Below are positions 25,142 through 29,815 of a DNA stretch of 29,815 nt, piece after piece (within the stretch, counting starts at the first letter, position 1; each line of letters begins with the position of its first letter). A program made the translations under genes and the position numbers. Under the pieces are notes generated by a model. The model was not told where the DNA came from, did not search any database, and was given only the letters and a program-made list of their open reading frames with translations. The DNA lies in the NCBI GenBank assembly GCA_919903585.1, contig CAKKST010000125.1, positions 1 to 29,815 on the forward strand, given 5' to 3'. This DNA comes from Nitrospiria bacterium (GTDB lineage Bacteria > Nitrospirota > CAKKRA01 > 9FT-COMBO-42-15).

Positions 25142-25269
25142 GTGTAACCTCCATTTATTTTAAAGAAGCTATATACGCAGGCACCAAAAACTATTGGCAC
25201 CACAGTGACAGGCGCAATAGCATTGGAGTTGATGTAGTAATTGAAAGGGTTAAATATTGCGTGATCCAT
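25129..25269 (-). pseudogene. 46-aa stub resembling the N-terminus of a 7TM sensor gene
   Basis: AAGGAGG-N8-ATG; MDHAIFNPFNYYINSNAIAPVTVVPIVFGACVYSFFKINGGYTCHL; one TM-like stretch, then a stop inside the brnT 5' end. Confidence 0.5.
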
Positions 25270-25302
25270 TGGAGGCGCCTCCTTAAATTTGGTTAATAAG
25301 AG
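25267..25302. repeat. 36-bp direct repeat, copy 2
   Basis: cattggaggcgcctccttaaatttggttaataagag. Confidence 0.9.
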
Positions 25303-25489
25303 CTGACTATAGCATTCACTTTTGCGAACACCGTCAACTTCTAAAACCTCTCCTCACCAAAACCAAAGGGGACCCCCATCCCCAATTAAAAGGCGTGTTA
25401 ACTTATTAAAAACATACACCATTCAGGATAAGATTGCAAGCATTTTTATTCTCCTTATACCTCAAACTGTTATATATCAGCAGATCTCT

Positions 25490-25518
25490 TTGACAGGTAT
25501 TATAATTTAAGGTATAAT
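25490..25518 (+). promoter_or_regulatory. Consensus sigma70 promoter of the hybrid kinase gene
   Basis: Exact TTGACA-N17-TATAAT. Confidence 0.75.
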
Positions 25519-25564
25519 TACAATATTTTCATGGCCTTATAAAAATAAATACATGGACTAACCC

Positions 25565-27640
25565 TTGACTGCCATAACCAAAAAACAAAAACAACCAAAA
25601 AAACCTATAATAAAAAGACCCTCAGGAAAAGGACGGAAGGTTATCGCAGTATCCGGGAAGATGGAAGCGGCGCTGCTTAATATTGCCAACGGCATTTCTG
25701 CGGCAACCGGCGAGACCTTTTTTAAATCCCTTGTCCAGCATCTCGCAAAGACCTTAAATGTAAAATACGCCTTCATCGGCGCATTAGCAGGAAAAGGCTA
25801 TAATGCGGTAAAGACCATCGCTGTCTGTACTAACGGGAAGATTGCAGATAATTTTGAATATAAATTAGCCAATACACCCTGCGAAAATATTGTTAAAAAA
25901 GATCTGTGCTGCTACCCGCGGAACGTTCAACAGATGTTTCCCAAGGATTATCACCTGTCAGAGATGAAAATTGAAAGCTACATTGGGACCCCTCTATCTG
26001 ATTCAACAGGCCGCATACTCGGGCTGATGGCGCTGATGGATAGCAGGCCGCTTAAGAATCCTGCTTTGGCTGAATCCATGCTCAGCATCTTTGCTGTACG
26101 CGCCTCTGCTGAACTTGAACGCAAGCAGGCAGAGGATAAACTCAGAAAATTCTCACACGCAGTAGAGCAAAATCCTGCCCTGATTGTGATAACAGATCCT
26201 GATGGCAGTATTGAATATGTTAACCCGAGGTTCACAGAAAAGACAGGTTATTCGCTGGAAGAGGTGATCGGGAAAAACCCCCGTATCCTACAGTCTGGCA
26301 AAACCCCTGTCAAAACTTATAAGGACTTGTGGAATACCATTGCCTCCGGCAGGATATGGCAGGGCGAGTTTCTTAACAAAAGAAGGAATGGCGAGCTATT
26401 CTGGGAGTACGCCACTATATCTCCAATTAAAGATGCAGGTGGAAATATCACCCATTATATAGCTGTTAATGAAGATATAACAGAACGCAAGAGGCTTCAG
26501 GAGCAGTTGCAGCATGCCCAGAAGGTAGAGGCCGTGGGGCAGCTTGCCGGCGGCGTGGCGCATGACTTTAACAATATTCTTACTGCCATAACAGGGTTTG
26601 CAACATTACTGCACATAAAGATTGAAAAGGGCAATCCCATGAGATCATATGTAGAGCAGATACTCGCATCAAGCGAGCGGGCTGCAAACCTCACAAGAAG
26701 CCTTCTCACATTCAGCAGAAAGCAGATAACAAACCTGAGGCCAGTAATACTAAATGATATCATAAATTCTGTAATGAGGCTCCTGCCCAGAGTTATAAGG
26801 GAGGATATAGAACTAAAAACAATATTTACAGAAAAGCCTCTCACAATAATGGCAGACTCAGGCCAGATAGAACAGGTTGTAATGAATCTTGCCACCAATG
26901 CACAGGATGCCATGCCTGATGGAGGGGTTTTAACTATTGAGATGAGTCTGGCAGAGATGGATAATGGATTTATAATAACACATGGATACGGCAAGGCCGG
27001 AATATACGGCTTAATCTCAGTAGCAGATACAGGAATAGGTATGGATGAAAAGATCAAAGGGAGTATCTTTGAACCCTTCTTTACAACAAAGGAGGTCGGT
27101 AAGGGAACGGGCTTAGGGCTCGCAATAGTTTATGGAATAGTAAAGGAGCATAATGGGTATATTAATGTATATAGTGAGATCGGCAATGGCGCTATCTTTC
27201 GGATATACCTTCCCTTAATAATGACCGAGGCTGATGAGGCAAGGCCTGTGGAGCATATAATTCTGCCGAGAGGCACAGAGACAATCCTATTGGCAGAGGA
27301 CGATATAAGCGTAAGGAACCTCATGCGAACTGTACTTGAGGAGCATGGGTATACGGTTATAGAGGCATCAGACGGCCATGAGGCTATAGCGAAGTTTAGA
27401 GAAAATAAAGACAGGATTCAGCTTGTTATCCTTGATGTGATAATGCCGAAGAAAAATGGCAAGGAAGTATATGATGAGATAAAAAGGCTCTCGCCTGACA
27501 TGAAGACGCTATTTATAAGCGGGTATACTGCGGATATTATCAAGAAAAAAGAGATTCAGAAGGAAGGGTTAAATTTTATTTCAAAGCCCATCTCGCCTGT
27601 AGATATTTTAAAGAAAATAAGAAGTGTGCTGGACAAATAA
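25565..27640 (+). CDS. Hybrid sensor kinase GAF-PAS-HisKA-HATPase-REC
   Basis: GAF (YKLANTPCENI..ESYIGTPL), PAS (YVNPRF..GYSLEEVIGKNPRILQSG..WQGEF), H-box VAHDFNNILT, FFTTKEVGKGTGLGL, receiver LAEDD..LDVIMP..ISGY..KP. TTG start is uncertain. Confidence 0.92.
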   Translation: MTAITKKQKQPKKPIIKRPSGKGRKVIAVSGKMEAALLNIANGISAATGETFFKSLVQHLAKTLNVKYAFIGALAGKGYNAVKTIAVCTNGKIADNFEYKLANTPCENIVKKDLCCYPRNVQQMFPKDYHLSEMKIESYIGTPLSDSTGRILGLMALMDSRPLKNPALAESMLSIFAVRASAELERKQAEDKLRKFSHAVEQNPALIVITDPDGSIEYVNPRFTEKTGYSLEEVIGKNPRILQSGKTPVKTYKDLWNTIASGRIWQGEFLNKRRNGELFWEYATISPIKDAGGNITHYIAVNEDITERKRLQEQLQHAQKVEAVGQLAGGVAHDFNNILTAITGFATLLHIKIEKGNPMRSYVEQILASSERAANLTRSLLTFSRKQITNLRPVILNDIINSVMRLLPRVIREDIELKTIFTEKPLTIMADSGQIEQVVMNLATNAQDAMPDGGVLTIEMSLAEMDNGFIITHGYGKAGIYGLISVADTGIGMDEKIKGSIFEPFFTTKEVGKGTGLGLAIVYGIVKEHNGYINVYSEIGNGAIFRIYLPLIMTEADEARPVEHIILPRGTETILLAEDDISVRNLMRTVLEEHGYTVIEASDGHEAIAKFRENKDRIQLVILDVIMPKKNGKEVYDEIKRLSPDMKTLFISGYTADIIKKKEIQKEGLNFISKPISPVDILKKIRSVLDK

Positions 27641-28645
27641 TTAACATATCCTCGGAAGCTGCTCGCCCATAAGCATATCAATTATCCTTTTGCCGCCGAT
27701 TCTGGTTTTTAAGATGACTGTGTTCGGGTGCTCGGAGACTACCTCGCCGATAATTGCAGCATCTTTTCCATATTTGTTTTTCCTCATTGCCTTCAATACT
27801 GCCTCTGCTGATTTGGAAGAGACTGAGGCAGCGAGCTTTCCCTCATTTGCAACAAACAACGGGTCAAGGCCGAGTATCTCACAGGCGCCCTGCACCTCTG
27901 GTTTTATTGGAATCCTATCCTCATAAATAACAATCCCGATATTGGATGATATTGCAAATTCCTTTAGTGTCGTTGCAAGGCCGCCCCTTGTTGGGTCGCG
28001 AAGGGCATGAACTGAATCAGTCGCCACAGAGATCATATCAGCAACAAGGCTGTGAAGCGGGGCTGTATCGCTCATTATCGGGCTTTCAAAATCAAGCCCC
28101 TCCCGCTTCGCCATAACAGCAATGCCATGGTCGCCGATGGCGCCGCTGACAATAATCTTATCACCGGCCTTCAGGTTATTTGCAGATATATTTACCGGTT
28201 TCTCAATGACACCAATACCGGAGGTGTTAATAAATATCTTATCTGCCTTGCCTTTATTTACCACCTTTGTATCACCTGTAACAATCATAACACCTGCATC
28301 TTCTGCTGACTTTTTCATTGCAGATAAAATATCCTCAAGCTCCTTTATAGCAAATCCCTCCTCAAGGATAAATCCTGCGCTGATATATAATGGCCTTGCA
28401 CCGCTCATGGCAAGGTCATTAACAGTGCCATTGATTGCCAGATCGCCAATATTGCCGCCGGGGAAAAAGATGGGGTCAACAACATAGGAGTCTGTTGTAA
28501 AGGCAACACGACTATGAATATCAAAGACAGCCTGATCATTTAAAAGCTCAAGATAGGGATTTTTAAAATATGGAAGGAAGTATCTTTCAATAAGCTCGTG
28601 GGTTAACTTTCCGCCGCTTCCATGGGCTAATAGTATCTTATCCAT
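27641..28645 (-). CDS. hypE: Hydrogenase maturation carbamoyl dehydratase HypE
   Basis: LAHGSGGK, FTTDSYVVDPIFFPGGNIGDLAINGTVNDLAM, TGDTKVV, RDPTRGG, ANEGK, C-terminal LPRIC. Confidence 0.97.
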   Translation of the reverse strand: MDKILLAHGSGGKLTHELIERYFLPYFKNPYLELLNDQAVFDIHSRVAFTTDSYVVDPIFFPGGNIGDLAINGTVNDLAMSGARPLYISAGFILEEGFAIKELEDILSAMKKSAEDAGVMIVTGDTKVVNKGKADKIFINTSGIGVIEKPVNISANNLKAGDKIIVSGAIGDHGIAVMAKREGLDFESPIMSDTAPLHSLVADMISVATDSVHALRDPTRGGLATTLKEFAISSNIGIVIYEDRIPIKPEVQGACEILGLDPLFVANEGKLAASVSSKSAEAVLKAMRKNKYGKDAAIIGEVVSEHPNTVILKTRIGGKRIIDMLMGEQLPRIC

Positions 28646-28654
28646 TGTTACCTT

Positions 28655-28813
28655 TTATCCAAGTCTTCTATCCTTATGCCTTAGTTTATATGCATCTTCA
28701 AACTTAAGCCTTCCTGCTCTCTTCTTTATCTTTTTAATTTTTTTTCCTTTAAGTGTATCTTCGGTGGCAAGAACATTACATTGTGTCTTATTCTTGGCCT
28801 TAAGCCTCTTCAT
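28655..28813 (-). pseudogene. 52-aa basic ORF, possible VapB-like antitoxin remnant
   Basis: MKRLKAKNKTQCNVLATEDTLKGKKIKKIKRRAGRLKFEDAYKLRHKDRRLG; the tail loosely resembles VapB C-termini; no clear RBS. Confidence 0.25.
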
Positions 28814-28841
28814 ACTAATAGCTCACACAGTTTTTATAAAA

Positions 28842-29258
28842 TCACTCTTTTTCTTGCAAGATTATACCGTTAGCCCAAGCAACAATTGATTCGGCCAAAG
28901 ATATAGCCTCGTTAATATCTTCAAATGTGATTTCTCCCCAATACCCAGGATATCGAGCCTCTACAGCATAAGGGGTTAACAAACCTGCATTAGCAATTTC
29001 TGGTGGCAAACTAATTCCACCGTCATTTGCAATCTCTATTAATGCATCAATATCATGTATTAAGGGAAACTCAATCCTTCTATGAAGAAGAACTGCTTTA
29101 AGAGCCTTTTCAGCCGCTTGCTGTGCATGGAAGCAGATTTGCTCTGGTAAGATATTTTCACCGTTCTTCGCTATTCGTGCCAGATTCAGATCGCTTTTGG
29201 CATGGATGAGCCAATCTTGTGGAGACCCTGGAATTTTTTTCTCACTTGGCTGATTCAT
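28842..29258 (-). CDS. HEPN domain protein (MNT-HEPN toxin-antitoxin module)
   Basis: WLIHAKSDL..A, CFHAQQAAEKALKA, HDIDALI, YAVEARYP. Confidence 0.88.
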   Translation of the reverse strand: MNQPSEKKIPGSPQDWLIHAKSDLNLARIAKNGENILPEQICFHAQQAAEKALKAVLLHRRIEFPLIHDIDALIEIANDGGISLPPEIANAGLLTPYAVEARYPGYWGEITFEDINEAISLAESIVAWANGIILQEKE

Positions 29259-29589
29259 ATACTACCTTTCCAGAGCGTAGAACCTCACGATATATCAGGC
29301 CTGGTTGGTCAGCAACTTTTTGTAAGAAATTTTCTGAAACTACTATAATGTCCATTGCCATATTGATACCTTGAAGTGCCCGCCGAATTCGTATACTTTC
29401 CTTCCGTGGATTAACATGCTCATCCTTAACCACAACCATGATGTCAATATCACTATGAATGTCGGGCTTTCCTTGTACTGTAGAACCAAAGAGAATTACT
29501 TTACAAGGCTGCTCAATGCTAATAATCTTCTGAATTGCAGCTTTGATCTTATTTGGCGTAATTGCCCAAGGTGGTCGTATTGTTTTCAT
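29242..29589 (-). CDS. Minimal nucleotidyltransferase (MNT) of an MNT-HEPN module
   Basis: ILFGS..QG..SDIDIMVV (GS-X10-DxD), MDIIV; overlaps the HEPN start. Confidence 0.88.
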   Translation of the reverse strand: MKTIRPPWAITPNKIKAAIQKIISIEQPCKVILFGSTVQGKPDIHSDIDIMVVVKDEHVNPRKESIRIRRALQGINMAMDIIVVSENFLQKVADQPGLIYREVLRSGKVVYESAK

Positions 29590-29663
29590 GATATCTCACT
29601 TAAAAGATTAGTTTATATTACTATCAATAATAGCAGAAAGATGAATAAATCTCAAGAAACGAA

Positions 29664-29815
29664 TTACTTTCCAGCAAACCTATAATATGCCGAGCAGCTT
29701 CCCTCTGTAGACACCATGCATGGGCCGACAGGGTTTTCAGGCGTGCATGCCTTGCCAAAGAGCCCGCACTCTGGCGGCTCCTTTAAGCCGCGAAGCACAT
29801 CCCCGCAATTGCAGC
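29664..29815 (-). CDS. hypD: Hydrogenase maturation protein HypD, 3' end (partial)
   Basis: Manual translation CNCGDVLRGLKEPPECGLFGKACTPENPVGPCMVSTEGSCSAYYRFAGK, the HypD C-terminal Fe-S region. Confidence 0.93.
   Translation of the reverse strand, partial: CNCGDVLRGLKEPPECGLFGKACTPENPVGPCMVSTEGSCSAYYRFAGK

Noticed and set aside
23273-25302. Integron cassette array
   Set aside because: TA-rich and single-stranded in orientation, but there is no intI and I could not find convincing attC sites (RYYYAAC..GTTRRRY with paired L boxes) by eye; an IntegronFinder run would settle it.
23273-25302. CRISPR repeat-spacer-repeat (36-bp repeats)
   Set aside because: Only two copies about 2 kb apart, each an RBS-start region; no cas genes.
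190-29685. Numerous 60-190 aa opposite-strand or off-frame ORFs in the track (e.g. 6010-6345, 10391-10801, 18039-18371, 26497-27057)
   Set aside because: They overlap well-supported genes, lack RBS or motifs, and look like shadow ORFs; 18039-18371 partly reads through a REP.

Overview
Bacterial window, probably from an anaerobic Gram-negative organism (inferred from Omp85, periplasmic cytochrome c and hyp genes). Left to right: (1) a minus-strand operon for an energy-converting-hydrogenase-related (Ehr, HyfBCEF/G/I-like) membrane complex whose large subunit lacks the NiFe-binding cysteines, followed by a CPA2 cation:proton antiporter running off the left edge; (2) a divergent cytochrome c'-like gene, then TIGR02757-family protein, ATP-dependent DNA ligase and an MBL hydrolase; (3) a ferritin-like gene; (4) a gluzincin-PD40 lipoprotein plus a POTRA-less Omp85 barrel; (5) DUF4912 and a GH57 branching enzyme; (6) an AT-rich block with a divergent aldehyde dehydrogenase coupled to a 7TM-GAF histidine kinase; (7) a 2 kb cluster of three toxin-antitoxin modules bracketed by a 36-bp direct repeat, containing two short stubs with a shared IFNPxNYYxN start and toxins with broken or non-canonical starts; (8) a GAF-PAS hybrid kinase; (9) hypE, an MNT-HEPN pair and the 3' end of hypD. 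Several unrelated REP-like palindrome families are present, two of them apparently inserted in frame into Ehr subunit genes. No rRNA, tRNA, CRISPR array, integrase or transposase was recognised. All family calls come from motif recognition by eye, not from database searches.
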